Below, one piece after another: positions 11,973 through 21,967 of a stretch of DNA of 64,000 nt. The translations under genes and the position numbers were made by a program. Origin of the DNA: Thermoanaerobaculaceae bacterium (GTDB lineage: Bacteria > Acidobacteriota > Thermoanaerobaculia > Multivoradales > UBA5704); NCBI GenBank assembly GCA_963717295.1, contig OY970330.1:5227717-5291716 (forward strand), written 5' to 3'. Under the pieces are notes generated by a model. That model did not search any database, was not told where the DNA came from, and saw only the letters and a program-made list of their open reading frames with translations. The first letter of the stretch is position 1. The number at the start of each line of letters is the position of its first letter.

Positions 11973-13022
11973 TCATCCGATCAACCCCTCACTCTTCATC
12001 ATCTCCGCGTTCAGCACCGCCGCCCCGGCCGCGCCGCGCAACACGTTGTGCGAGAGCGCCGCGAACTTCCAGTCGAGGACGTTGCACTCCCGGAAGCGGC
12101 CGACGGCCGTGGCCATCCCCTGCTCGATGCCGGCGTCCTTGCGCACCTGCGGGCGGTCCGGCGCGTCCATGAGGTGGATGGGCCGCTTCGGCGCCGAGGG
12201 GAGATTCCGCTCCTGGGGGAGGCCCGAGAAGGCGGCGAGGGCGGCCAGCAGCTCCTCGCGGCTCGCCTTCCGCTCCAGCTCGACGCTCGCCGTCACCAAG
12301 TGGCCGTCGATCGTGGGCACCCGGTTGCAGTTGGCGCTGACGAGGAAGGGGAGGGGCTGGATGCGGTCCCCGTCGAGATCGCCCAGGATCTTCTGCGTCT
12401 CGCTCTCGAGCTTCTTCTCCTCGTCGCCCCCGATATAGGGAATGACGTTGCCCAGGATGTCGAGCGACGGCACGCCGGGGTAGCCGGCGCCGGAGACGGC
12501 CTGGAACGTGGTGACCAGGACCTTCTTGATGCCGAACGGCTTCAAGGCGGCGAGCGGCATCACCAGCACCACGGCGGCACAGTTGGGATTGGTGACGAGG
12601 CTGCCCGTCCATCCCCGCTCGCGGCGTTGCGTGGCGAGAAGCCCGAGATGGCCGGGATTGATCTCCGGCACCAGCAGCGGCACGTCCGCGGCCATGCGGT
12701 AGTGGCTGGAGTTCGAGACCACGATATGGCCGGCGGCGGCAAAATCGCGCTCGATCTCCCCCGCCAGACTGCCGGACATGGACGAGAACACCAGCCGCGG
12801 CCCCTTCCCCGGAAGGCACTCCTCGACCGTCCGCCCCGCCGCCTCCGCGGGAGGAGGCCCCTCGAGCTGCCATGACGTCGCCTCCCGGTACACCTTCCCC
12901 GCGCTACGGTCGCTCGCCGCCAGCCACGTCGCCTTGAACCAAGGATGGTTCTCCAAGAGCTGAATGAAACGCTGCCCCACCGTCCCGGTGGCGCCCAGAA
13001 TGCCGACCTCGATCTTGTCCAT
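11973..13022 (-). CDS. asd: aspartate-semialdehyde dehydrogenase (intact)
   Basis: MDKIEVGILGATGTVGQRF...SNPNCAAV... 349 aa. ATG at 13020-13022. The 520-aa ORF-track version is an upstream extension. Confidence 0.85.
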   Translation of the reverse strand: MDKIEVGILGATGTVGQRFIQLLENHPWFKATWLAASDRSAGKVYREATSWQLEGPPPAEAAGRTVEECLPGKGPRLVFSSMSGSLAGEIERDFAAAGHIVVSNSSHYRMAADVPLLVPEINPGHLGLLATQRRERGWTGSLVTNPNCAAVVLVMPLAALKPFGIKKVLVTTFQAVSGAGYPGVPSLDILGNVIPYIGGDEEKKLESETQKILGDLDGDRIQPLPFLVSANCNRVPTIDGHLVTASVELERKASREELLAALAAFSGLPQERNLPSAPKRPIHLMDAPDRPQVRKDAGIEQGMATAVGRFRECNVLDWKFAALSHNVLRGAAGAAVLNAEMMKSEGLIG

Positions 13023-13184
13023 GCCCTCTCCACTCCGCAGCGACGTGGGCGCGGAGGCCCGCCACGGAGTGGGACAGTTTACCGGGTGTGGGGGCGGGAG
13101 GCCATGGCCGGGAGCTGCCGGAGTGGTGAGGGTCCCCGGCAACCCGAGAGAGCCCGGATTTTGACCCGTCGGCTGCCCATCGTA

Positions 13185-13217
13185 GAGACGCCCACGGGGT
13201 ACCCCGTGGGGCGTCTC
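13185..13217. promoter_or_regulatory. 32-bp near-perfect palindrome gagacgcccacgggg-ta-ccccgtggggcgtctc about 165 bp upstream of asd
   Basis: 15-bp arms with a single extra G. Intergenic between asd and the DUF433 remnant. Confidence 0.3.
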
Positions 13218-13335
13218 AATCGGAGCGTCGCGCTTCCCGTTGTCCGGGTCATCCTGGGGCGCGTCCTCCTCGGTGTTCATGCCGTTCAGGTGGCGGTGAA
13301 GATCTCGCCTCTTTAGAGTCCATCCCAGCCATGAT

Positions 13336-13599
13336 TCAGGCTGCTTCATTCTCCTGGATCTGCTGCTCGGTCTCCTCCCGATGGCCGCGGTAGAAGGACC
13401 AGGCATTGGCCAGATCCTCGGCCCGAAGAGATGGGTACGACCGCAGGAGCTCGGCCTCACTCGTCCCCTACCTCCTCGCCTGGACCAGCAACCACACTGG
13501 GATCCGGGTCCTGACGATGCAAGGGTCGCCTCCACAGACCTCTGGATTGGACTGGATACCCGGGTAACTGTCTCCGAGGTCGCGCAGAAGCTTGGTCAT
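13336..13599 (-). pseudogene. DUF433-family small protein with in-frame amber codon
   Basis: MTKLLRDLGDSYPGIQSNPEVCGGDPCIVRTRIPVWLLVQARR-TAG-GTSEAELLRSYPSLRAEDLANAWSFYRGHREE matches DUF433 across the TAG at 13468-13470. Same frame on both sides. Confidence 0.55.
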
Positions 13600-14005
13600 C
13601 CAAGATCGTCCTCAGCCGGATGATATCTCTCTGGGAGCCCCGGCGGAATCGCACTCGGTCTCCCCTGCCGGGCCATCGCGTCGAGCACGGGCCTGCTTGA
13701 ACCTTCCAGTTTTGGGAACTACCATTCCCAATATGAGAATTGAGCTGGCCCCGAGGGATCGACGGGCTGGTTCGCTCCGCACGGAGCCGGCTCAGGGACG
13801 CTGACGGTCGGATCTTGCCAAGGAGAGCCGTTTCGACCTCGCCGGGGACCTTCGAGCTGCCAGCCATGGCCTTCGTCCGCCTAAACTCCTCGCCTGCCAG
13901 CCGCAGACACTACAAAACGGGGATTGAGGTATAGAATTCAGAGGCAGGGGCCCAGGTCAAGGCGCTAGAGCGTCGAAGCCGGCTGGCAAGAAAGTAGAGG
14001 ACCAG

Positions 14006-14224
14006 ATGACTCAGTTACTCGAACAGGCATTCACCAAAGCATCGCAGCTTTCTTCCGAAGAGCAGGACACCCTTGCCTCGCTCATCCTAAAAGAGATCGA
14101 AGCCGATCAGCGTTGGGACGACGCCTTCGCAAAGAGCCAGAATTCTCTTTCCCGGTTCGCCGATGAGGCGCTGGCCGAGCATCGGGCGGGCAGGACCAAG
14201 CGGCTCAATGTGGACAATTTGTGA
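14006..14224 (+). CDS. type II antitoxin (addiction-module component paired with a RelE/ParE-family toxin)
   Basis: 72 aa, MTQLLEQAFTKASQLSSEEQDTLASLILKEIEADQRWDDAFAKSQNSLSRFADEALAEHRAGRTKRL is a typical cyanobacterial-type antitoxin. ATGA overlap with the next gene. Confidence 0.6.
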   Translation: MTQLLEQAFTKASQLSSEEQDTLASLILKEIEADQRWDDAFAKSQNSLSRFADEALAEHRAGRTKRLNVDNL

Positions 14225-14490
14225 TTTCCTACACAACGGACGGATTCTGGAAATCTTACAGAAGGCTAACTGAAGCGGTCCGGAAGCAGGCGCGAGAGCG
14301 CTTATCGGCAGTTCGAGAAGAATCCTCATCATCCGAGCCTGCACTTCAAGCGGGTCCACTCAAGCAGACCAATATACTCGGTTCGAGTGAATCTGGATTA
14401 TCGAGCAGTGGGCATAAGAGATGGCGAAGAGATCGTCTGGCACTGGATAGGTCCCCACGACGAATATGAGAAGTTGATCGGACGGATGTA
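14221..14490 (+). pseudogene. RelE/ParE-family toxin with +1 frameshift near 14300-14310
   Basis: Frame 1 gives MISYTTDGFWKSYRRLTEAVRKQARERLSAV. From 14306, frame 2 gives RQFEKNPHHPSLHFKRVHSSRPIYSVRVNLDYRAVGIRDGEEIVWHWIGPHDEYEKLIGRM, the canonical toxin C-terminus. Stop at 14488-14490. Confidence 0.6.
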
Positions 14491-14499
14491 GACGTTGGC

Positions 14500-14830
14500 G
14501 GTTTGCATTGAAGGAGCTCCATACCTTGTCCGGGTCGGAATTGCCAGGATGATACTTGGATGCCTCAGAGAGGGCTTTGCAAGGCCGGCTCGGGGCACAC
14601 CTCCCCCAAGCGAGCACCAGGCTCGGCATGGCCCTCCGGCGGGCGATGAGGCTGTCAAAGAACCTAGCCGCTCCTCTATCCAGCCACGAACGGTAAAGCC
14701 GGCGGGAAGCATCCGGCAGGAAACGGCGCGCGCCGATCTCCTCGCCTCAACCGCTCGGACGCCTCCCGAAAGGCGCCGACGAAGGCGGCATAGATCTCGT
14801 AGAGAATAGGAGCCAGAGTCTTTCGGCCTG
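14500..14830 (-). repeat. copy A (inverted) of a ~260-330 bp module: conserved 3' coding end plus ~100-bp trailer
   Basis: Minus strand encodes ...LYEIYAAFVGAFREASERLRRGDRRAPFPAGCFPPALPFVAG-stop, then trailer ...ggttctttgacag...cgcccgccggagggccatg.... Homologous to 25241-25590 and 25911-26290. The end of one arm of the agtcttctaataagactctggctcc hairpin lies at 14806-14824. Confidence 0.6.
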
Positions 14831-14833
14831 CCG

Positions 14834-15064
14834 ATGACCTCACGCGTGCTGGAATTCGTGCCCAACGAGCGCATTGCCTGGGATGCCAGGGGCCCCGGCG
14901 TTCTCGCCTATCATGCCTGGCTGATCACGCCGACCCCGACCGGCTGTCACGTGCTCACCGAGGAGCGCCAGCACGGTCGCATCGCCTGGCTCCAAAGCGT
15001 CGTACTACCCAACCGGATGCACTACAAACACCAGATCTGGCTCGAAGGGCTGAAGGACAGTTAG
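14834..15064 (+). pseudogene. SRPBCC/polyketide-cyclase-like C-terminal fragment
   Basis: 76-aa ORF ...VPNERIAWDARGPGVLAYHAWLITPTPTGCHVLTEERQHG... resembles the C-terminal half of SRPBCC proteins. No N-terminal half upstream. Confidence 0.4.
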
Positions 15065-15314
15065 GCCGCGGCCTCCCCTTGCCTCGCCCGACGAAAGGTG
15101 CGGCTAAAGGAGAGGCGATCCTTCGGTACCTCGGCCGCGCAGGCGAGCGCCTGCTGGCTCTGGGGATGCTTCCGACACGCGACGGGCGAGAGCCGCCCGT
15201 CGCGCCTCGTCCGATTAGGGGTTGTAGACCCCGCAGACGACCGAGCCGTCGGGGTTGGAAAAAGAGCCAAGCTCTTCTTGGGAGACGATCCAGTCTCTGT
15301 CCTGGCATCCGGCA

Positions 15315-16703
15315 CTATACGGCCGACTCTTTAATAAGTAGCGCATCGCCCCCAACGGTCCGCCATTGAGTCTTGATGAATTGACGAGCGGCGGTTATAA
15401 CTGAGACTGTGATGGCCTTCCGCTGAAGCTTAGCTGCGATACTTGACCACAACTTCCGCATTTGACCGTCTGAGGTTTCATCCAGGCCCATTATTGAAAG
15501 CGCATCAATCGCCTGCTTACAAATATCGACGGCAGCGCTTACGTCGCCTCGTCTCGTGAATGAGCCGACCATATAGATTTGGTCGAGAAAGTAACTCTTA
15601 TTCGATCGTTGCTCAAGATCAGCGGCAATCACTTCGGCAAAGAGCGCGTCCGCTTCCTGAAATCGGCCTAATGCTTCCAATAAGCGTGCTGCTGTAAATC
15701 TCCGCCGAAGCTGCACAAACGGATCGCCGAACTGATCGTATAATCCGGTGAGCGCCTCGAATCTTAACATCGCCTCTCTCTTCAAGCCACGCGTGATTAG
15801 CGCATCAATTCTTATGCTCTCCGCAAACATCAGAAGTCTTTTGTCTGACTCCGGAATCATCTTGTCCGCCTCCGCAAGTATTTCGATTGTGCGATCAGGA
15901 GCTACGTCGAGTAAAACATAAGCCACCTGTATCCTAGCTCTCGCGGCGTACCCGTGCGCACCGACTGCAATGAACTGTCTTGTGGCTTGGCTTAGAAGTT
16001 CCTCGGCTCTTTCGAGTCCACCGCAGTCACCTTCCACGAGTCCTTCAATTGCCATTAACAGCCCCCGGACGAAGCCGTTGCCTGATCCCCGGCGGGCGTT
16101 CTCGTTTCCTTGCTTAAGAGCCTCGCGAGCAGCAATCCACCTCGCCGAACGACGACGAGCACTAGCTAGCTCGGCGAAGCATTCCGCAAGCAAATCCGAT
16201 CTGTGGTCCTCCCTGATAGTGCCGGGTGGGATCTGTTGGCACGCAACCAATGCGAGCCCTACCCATTCTTCCCCCTCGGTCGGAGAGGAGGTAGAGCGAG
16301 CCTCTGAGAGCAGGCCCTTAACAAAGCCAGCATGATGCTTGCCCCTGTCTTTCACAATGGCTTCTCGCCTTGTTCTTCGCTGGGCGCGGCGGACATCGGC
16401 GACGGCAGCGGCAGAGGCTAGAGTCGTCTCCCGATCGGCCTGCTCCAACCGGAACCGCTCCAAAAGGCACCACAATGCTGAGTCCCGTGCCCAGGTCGCA
16501 ATCTTTGAAGACTTAGTTTTGCCGGGACACTTGCCAGCCAAGCGGTCCTCCAGGCCCGACAAAAAATCCTGTGACGCTCTCCAGCAGGCGGCACATGTCA
16601 TTAGGTGGAGCACGAGCTTGGTCTTACCCTCGCTCGGCCCTTCCGACTCCAGGACTTCTAGGTCCATCACCGTTGGATGCCACTCGCTCATTTTAGCGTC
16701 CAC
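15315..16703 (-). CDS. hypothetical protein: N-terminal zf-HC2-like Cys motif plus helical/TPR-like repeat domain
   Basis: 462 aa. HLMTCAACW...CPG motif resembles anti-sigma zinc-finger. The rest is alpha-helical repeats. Lower-GC island. Confidence 0.5.
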   Translation of the reverse strand: MDAKMSEWHPTVMDLEVLESEGPSEGKTKLVLHLMTCAACWRASQDFLSGLEDRLAGKCPGKTKSSKIATWARDSALWCLLERFRLEQADRETTLASAAAVADVRRAQRRTRREAIVKDRGKHHAGFVKGLLSEARSTSSPTEGEEWVGLALVACQQIPPGTIREDHRSDLLAECFAELASARRRSARWIAAREALKQGNENARRGSGNGFVRGLLMAIEGLVEGDCGGLERAEELLSQATRQFIAVGAHGYAARARIQVAYVLLDVAPDRTIEILAEADKMIPESDKRLLMFAESIRIDALITRGLKREAMLRFEALTGLYDQFGDPFVQLRRRFTAARLLEALGRFQEADALFAEVIAADLEQRSNKSYFLDQIYMVGSFTRRGDVSAAVDICKQAIDALSIMGLDETSDGQMRKLWSSIAAKLQRKAITVSVITAARQFIKTQWRTVGGDALLIKESAV

Positions 16704-16814
16704 TTCCTGCCGAGGCTGAGGTCTGCGTAAGTAAGTCTAGCGTGAAATCTACTCCCCATACTATATGAAAAAGCTAGAGCCGCTGGGTCAATTCCGGCGG
16801 CTCTAGTCAGAGGC

Positions 16815-16982
16815 TCAACCCCAGGGGTCCCAACCACTCCCTTGGTCCGAAGTCGGAGCAGGCGGCGCAGGGGGAGCGTTGAGCCCCAAGGGGTCAAGCC
16901 CGCTCCCATGCTTACTGACAACACCGGAGGATAAAGCGTAGGCGAGAAAGACAATAAAGAGAACCGCGAAGCGAACAGACAT
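16815..16982 (-). CDS. small secreted Gly/Pro-rich peptide (55 aa)
   Basis: ATG at 16980-16982 is preceded by GGGAGAAG. MSVRFAVLFIVFLAYALSSG signal peptide then HGSGLDPLGLNAPPAPPAPTSDQGSGWDPWG. Lies between two divergently oriented zf-HC2-like genes. Not in ORF track (too short). Confidence 0.35.
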   Translation of the reverse strand: MSVRFAVLFIVFLAYALSSGVVSKHGSGLDPLGLNAPPAPPAPTSDQGSGWDPWG

Positions 16983-17220
16983 AGCTTCTCCCTTTTTCGG
17001 GGCGCCAGATCAGAGACTCCATTGTCTCGGCAGACACCTCCTACGGAGGAAGTGTGTGCTTCTGAGGGGTAAAAGGACAAGTCAACTCATGGCACCAGAC
17101 TCTTCTACTTTCATCGCGCGCGAACGTTACTCGCCCTCCTGGCCGGCCCAGCCCGCATCTGGGTCGGCCACCATTTTTCCTCTTCCGTGCGTCCGGCTCC
17201 CAGAGCCATAAGGACTACCC

Positions 17221-18288
17221 ATGGAGCATGTCTCTCCTGAAGCCGTCGAAGACTTCCTTGCCTGCCGGCTTTCCCGGGAGGAATCCCGCGCCTTCGTGAG
17301 GCACCTACTTCGGTGCCCGGCCTGCCCTGCTCTTACCTCAGCAAAGACCGCTGCTGCATCCACTTGCCCAGGGAGGGAGTCTCTTCGGCGGCCGGCCTCT
17401 GGGCCGGCCGCCTATTCTTCTGCGTTCCGGCGCGCAATGGAGAGAGTCGCAGAGGTTCTGAGTCTCGATCCCCAGGGAAATGACATCAGGCCCCGGACCC
17501 TCTTGGAATGAGCGCGTCTTCCGAGCATTGCGGGCGAGCAGGGAGGAACTCAAGATCCTGCTCACGGAAGGAGGCATTCCTCCCGGTTCCGCCTACGACT
17601 TCCTTGCAGAGGCAATCGAGTCAGTCTCAAACGACAAATGGTTAATCTGCTCCGATCCGGCTGCGCTCTTGATAGCGACGGTGAAGGCGAGACTTCAGGC
17701 TGGGGAGTCGTCGAATACCCGGACGTCCCAGCCTGGGAAGCGAACGACGCCAGGAAGAAGGAGCAACAACAAGAGGAAGCACGGCGCCAAAGGCTGGCCC
17801 GGAAGGTAGCACGGCTGGCGCTTGCCGTCTTGGGCGAGGGGGAGCGAGAGAGTATTGAGCGGGAGACTGGTCTAGCTTCAGAGGGCGACCTCAGACGCTG
17901 GCTGCGGCGCGCTGCTTACTCTTCATCGTGGCGCGAGTTGATGGGCTCCGTACCGCTTGAAGGACTCCGCTTCGTTTCCTATGAGTCGCTTATCCGTCAC
18001 GCAATAGACAAGCCCGTCCGCTGTTGGTGCGTCGTACTCGACTTCGTGCCGAGTAAGGACGAAGAATACGACTACAACCGAGTTTTGTCTGGCGCTCCGT
18101 GGATCGGGGAAGCCGGAAGCGCCCTGATCGGCGTAATAGATGAACTCCGTAGGCACCGTCGGGCTCTGGTGACATGTCCGTCTGAAAGGGTAGCAAGAGG
18201 GTTGGCATCCACCATCAATCACAAGAAGCGACTCGGAGCCCTGGTCTATGGACCAAGGACGCGGGTCACCGAAGGGGAGAACGGATGA
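17221..18288 (+). pseudogene. disrupted hypothetical gene with zf-HC2-like N-terminus (segments in frames 1,2,1)
   Basis: 17221-17511 (HLLRCPACP...CPG, paralogous to the N-term of 15315-16703), 17480-17809 and 17638-18288 overlap in different frames. 18322-18582 follows after a stop. Confidence 0.3.
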
Positions 18289-18575
18289 GCCATCAAAGGC
18301 TGGCTCCTGAAAAAAAGACGTTTGAGGACAGTTGCTACGATCCTATCGTGCTTACCTGTCTTCGATCACCTCGGAAGCGAGGAAATGATTGGAATGCTGA
18401 CGTTGCTCGCCACCTTGGCTCCGGACGGATCGACGAATGAGCTTCACAAAATCGTGGAGCCTATTGTTATAGCTGCTGCCAAGAGGCCCGACTCGTGGGC
18501 ACTGCTAGAGAGGGTCTGGCCCGAACTGTGCCGCCTGATTGAGGAAGACGATGCCCTCACCAAGGAAGGTAAATC

Positions 18576-18799
18576 ATGGTGAAAGTGGGAAGCTGCATCG
18601 CAGTGCTTCGGATCGTGCGGGGGGGAGCCAGCTCGAATTGGCCCGCAAAGCGGGGATTGCCTCTGGAACCGTCTCGGACTACGAACGGGGCAAGATCTCC
18701 CCTGGGGTCGCGGCGCCGGTGTCGAAAGGAACCAGGCGATTCTTCTGGGGGACGCTGCTCCCAGGAGCCAGCGCGGGACCAGCGCCGCGCCGGTCTTGA
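18576..18799 (+). pseudogene. XRE-family HTH regulator interrupted at a G7 homopolymer (18619-18625)
   Basis: SD AAGGAAGG then ATG. MVKVGSCIAVLRIVRGG in one frame. One extra G would continue as SQLELARKAGIASGTVSDYERGKISP (canonical HTH_XRE) to the stop near 18799. Confidence 0.5.
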
Positions 18800-19020
18800 A
18801 GGATGTCTTCGGCCCCGATCTTTCATCGGCTGGAGCTCCGTTCTCTCCTGATCGTCTCACCCGCGATGCGATGTTGATCGCTCTATTCCCTCTCCCGCGC
18901 GCAGTCGCCAGAAACCCCTGCGACGGACATCTCCGAGCTCATGATCTCTCTCCTCCCAGAGCCGTAACGCCCTCGCGACGCGGGATTCGGTCTTCCGTTT
19001 ACCGCGAAAAGTGAATCCTT

Positions 19021-19200
19021 TGCGGCGATTGACGCACGGTTTGCGGTGATTGACGCTCCCAATGCGAGGGTAACACGACCCATTCTGTTCCGGAGCGGAC
19101 ACATTGCGGCATTGCGTCCGCCCAATGCCGCGTCGAGAGTGTGCATTGGGCGGATAGACATGCTCGGCGTGACGTTGGACGCTCTTATGCGGCGATTGAC
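19021..19200 (+). promoter_or_regulatory. three direct repeats TTGCGG(C/T)GATTGAC(G) upstream of the ADOP permease gene
   Basis: Copies at 19021-19033 and 19042-19054 (21-bp spacing) and 19188-19200. The repeat contains TTGAC. An additional palindrome gcggcattgcg...cccaatgccgc lies at 19106-19135. Confidence 0.35.
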
Positions 19201-19409
19201 AGGAGCTCTCATCACCGCGAAGTGCGCGTTCAATATCTTGATGTGACCCTTCTCACCAGCCAGAAAAGGAGCCAAGCTCTTCTTGCTCGGAAATAACGCT
19301 GGCACCTTTTGCTGGAGCCGGTGTGAACCCGGGGGTTGGGAGAGGCATCCGCACCTCCCCAACCCTGCCAAGGGTGACTCCCTTGGAGGAGAGATAGAAT
19401 TGGCCCACC

Positions 19410-21830
19410 ATGAAAACGGTGGGGCAGGATCTCCGCTTCGGTCTGCGCACTCTCAGCAAGAGCCCGGGCTTCGCCGCCGCCGCGGTCGTCATCCTGGCCT
19501 TGGGAATCGGGACGAACACCGCCATCTTCAGCCTCGTCGACGCCGTGCTGCTGCGGCCGTTGCCTTTCCCTGAGCCCGAACGGCTGATGCGGCTCCAGGT
19601 GGAGTCGCTCGCGCCCGGGAGGAAAGCACTGGGGGTGTCGCCCGCCCGCTACCTCGACTGGCGGGCCGGGAGCCACGCCTTCGCGGCGATGACGGCCTAC
19701 CACGGCACCTCCCTGACCCTGACCGGCAGGCAGGAGCCCGAGGCGCTCACGGCCGCCACCGTCTCGGGCGACCTCTTCTCCGTCCTCGGGGTCCGGCCGC
19801 TCCTCGGCCGGGCCTTCGCGGCCGGGGAAGCGGAGCTGGGCCATGACGACGTCGTGATCCTCTCCCAGTCCCTCTGGCAGAGCCGCTTCGGGGCCGACCC
19901 CAGGGTCCTGGGCCGGGAGCTCGTGCTCGACGGCCGGCGCCACACGGTGGTGGGCGTCCTACCCACCCTCCGGGTGGCATCCTGGTATCCGGCGATGGTC
20001 CAGGTCTGGAAGCCGCTCGCCTGGACCGCCCAGGAGCGCGCGGTGCGCAACGACCCCAACCTGACCGTCGTCGCCCGCCTGAAGCCCGGCGTGGACCGCC
20101 GGCAGGCGCAGGCCGAGATGGAGGCCCTGGCGGCCCGCCTGGCCCGGGAGTATCCCGAGACCGACAAGGGCTGGGGCGTCCTCGTCCGGCCAATCCAGGA
20201 CTACCTGGTGGAGAGGGTGCGCCCGACGCTCCTCCTTCTCCTAGGCGCGGTCGTTTTCGTCCTCCTCATCGCCTGCGCCAACGTGTCCAACCTGGTCCTC
20301 GTGCGGACCCTGGGCCGGAGCAAGGAGATGGCCATCCGCGGCACGCTGGGGGCGAGCCGCGGGCGGCTGGTGCGGCAGCTCGTGGCGGAGGCGCTGCTCC
20401 TCGCCCTGGCCGGCGCCGCCCTGGGCCTCTACCTGGCGCACTTCTTCGTGGCGCTCCTGCGCGGCTTCCTGGGCGATGGGCTCCCCCAAGGGCTGGACGT
20501 CCATCTCGATCTCCGGATTCTCGCTTTCACGCTGGGGATCTCGCTCTTCACCGGGCTCGCGGCCGGCCTGGTGCCGGCCTGGTCCTCCCTGGGCGGCGAT
20601 CCCCAACGGGCGCTCCAGCGCGGCCTCTCGCGGACCGACGCTTCCGCCACCGGCCGCCGCACCCGCGGCGCGCTGGTGGTCGCCGAGGTCGCGCTGTCGC
20701 TCGTCCTCCTCCTGGGCGCGGCGCTGATGATCGAGAGCCTCGGGGCCTTGCGGCACGCCGATCCGGGCTGCGATCCCCATGGCGTGCTGACCCTGGTCCT
20801 CGGCCTCCCCCAGCAGAAGTACCCGGAGCCCCGCCAGCAGAGCGCCTTCTTCGATCGGGTGCGCACGCGCCTCCAGGCCCTGCCGGGGGTCGAGGCCGCC
20901 TCTACGGTCGACTGTCTGCCCCTGACCGAGCCCGGGTTGACCGAACCGGTCGCCATCGCCGGCCGGTCGGCGGGAACCATGGCGGAGCAGCCCGAGGTGG
21001 CGGTGCGTCTGATCTCTCCCGGCTACCTGCGCACCCTGCGCATCGCGCTCCGGCGCGGGCGCGACTTCACCGCCGCGGATGCCCTGGATCGGCCGGCGGT
21101 CGTCCTGATCAGCGAATCCATGGCCCGGCGTTTCTGGCCCGGCCAGGATCCTCTGGGACAGCGGCTGATCCTCGGGCTCGCCCCGAAGGTCCCGCAGGAG
21201 GTCGTGGGCGTGGTCGCCGACGTCAAGGTGGACGGTCTGCGGGTCGCCGAGCCGGTCGCGACCGTCTATCAGCCGTTGGCCCAGAGGCCATGGCCCGCGA
21301 CGACGATCGTAGTGCGCGCCAGGACGCGTCCCGAGAGCCTGGTTCCGGCGGTCAGCCGCGCCATCCATGAGGAAGACCGGGACCTGCCGTTGCTGGAGGT
21401 CGCGACGCTGGATTCCGTCGTCGCCGGGTATCTCTCGCGGGAACGCTTCAACATGCTGCTCCTCTCCGTCTTCGCCGCCCTCGCGCTGCTCCTGGCGGCG
21501 GTGGGGATTTACAGCGTGCTCTCCTATACGGTCGGCCGGCGGGTGCAGGAGATCGGCGTCCGCATGGCGCTCGGGGCGCAGGTCAAAGATGTGCTCCGCC
21601 TGGTGGTGGTCGAGGGGATGCGGCCGACTCTCCTGGGCATCCTCGTCGGCTCCGCCGCCGCCCTGGCCCTCGGCCGCGCGCTCGCCAGCCTCTTCTACGG
21701 AGTGAGCGCGACGGACCCGCTTCTCTGCGGGGCGGTGGCGCTGCTCCTGGCCGGCGTGGCCCTTCTGGCGATCGCCGGCCCGGCCTGGCGGGCGGCGCGG
21801 GTGCCGCCCAGCGAGGCACTCCGGGAGTAG
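19410..21830 (+). CDS. ADOP-family ABC transporter permease (duplicated FtsX/MacB-type, Acidobacterial duplicated orphan permease)
   Basis: 806 aa, [54 protein letters not shown]-terminus, two FtsX permease halves each with a large periplasmic domain. Confidence 0.85.
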   Translation: MKTVGQDLRFGLRTLSKSPGFAAAAVVILALGIGTNTAIFSLVDAVLLRPLPFPEPERLMRLQVESLAPGRKALGVSPARYLDWRAGSHAFAAMTAYHGTSLTLTGRQEPEALTAATVSGDLFSVLGVRPLLGRAFAAGEAELGHDDVVILSQSLWQSRFGADPRVLGRELVLDGRRHTVVGVLPTLRVASWYPAMVQVWKPLAWTAQERAVRNDPNLTVVARLKPGVDRRQAQAEMEALAARLAREYPETDKGWGVLVRPIQDYLVERVRPTLLLLLGAVVFVLLIACANVSNLVLVRTLGRSKEMAIRGTLGASRGRLVRQLVAEALLLALAGAALGLYLAHFFVALLRGFLGDGLPQGLDVHLDLRILAFTLGISLFTGLAAGLVPAWSSLGGDPQRALQRGLSRTDASATGRRTRGALVVAEVALSLVLLLGAALMIESLGALRHADPGCDPHGVLTLVLGLPQQKYPEPRQQSAFFDRVRTRLQALPGVEAASTVDCLPLTEPGLTEPVAIAGRSAGTMAEQPEVAVRLISPGYLRTLRIALRRGRDFTAADALDRPAVVLISESMARRFWPGQDPLGQRLILGLAPKVPQEVVGVVADVKVDGLRVAEPVATVYQPLAQRPWPATTIVVRARTRPESLVPAVSRAIHEEDRDLPLLEVATLDSVVAGYLSRERFNMLLLSVFAALALLLAAVGIYSVLSYTVGRRVQEIGVRMALGAQVKDVLRLVVVEGMRPTLLGILVGSAAALALGRALASLFYGVSATDPLLCGAVALLLAGVALLAIAGPAWRAARVPPSEALRE

Positions 21831-21860
21831 GAGTGGGGGTGGGGGTGGGAGTGGGGGTGG
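21831..21860 (+). repeat. G-rich hexamer repeat (GTGGGG/GTGGGA)x5 immediately after the permease stop
   Basis: gagtgggggtgggggtgggagtgggggtgg. G-quadruplex-capable. Confidence 0.5.
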
Positions 21861-21967
21861 CGATCCTTGAAAATCCTCAAGTCAACGGTCGCGACCCTGG
21901 ACGGTGGCCGGCACGATCACATCGAGGCCCGGCGGCCGCGAAGAGGCGGCGTTTGGCCCGAGAGGGA

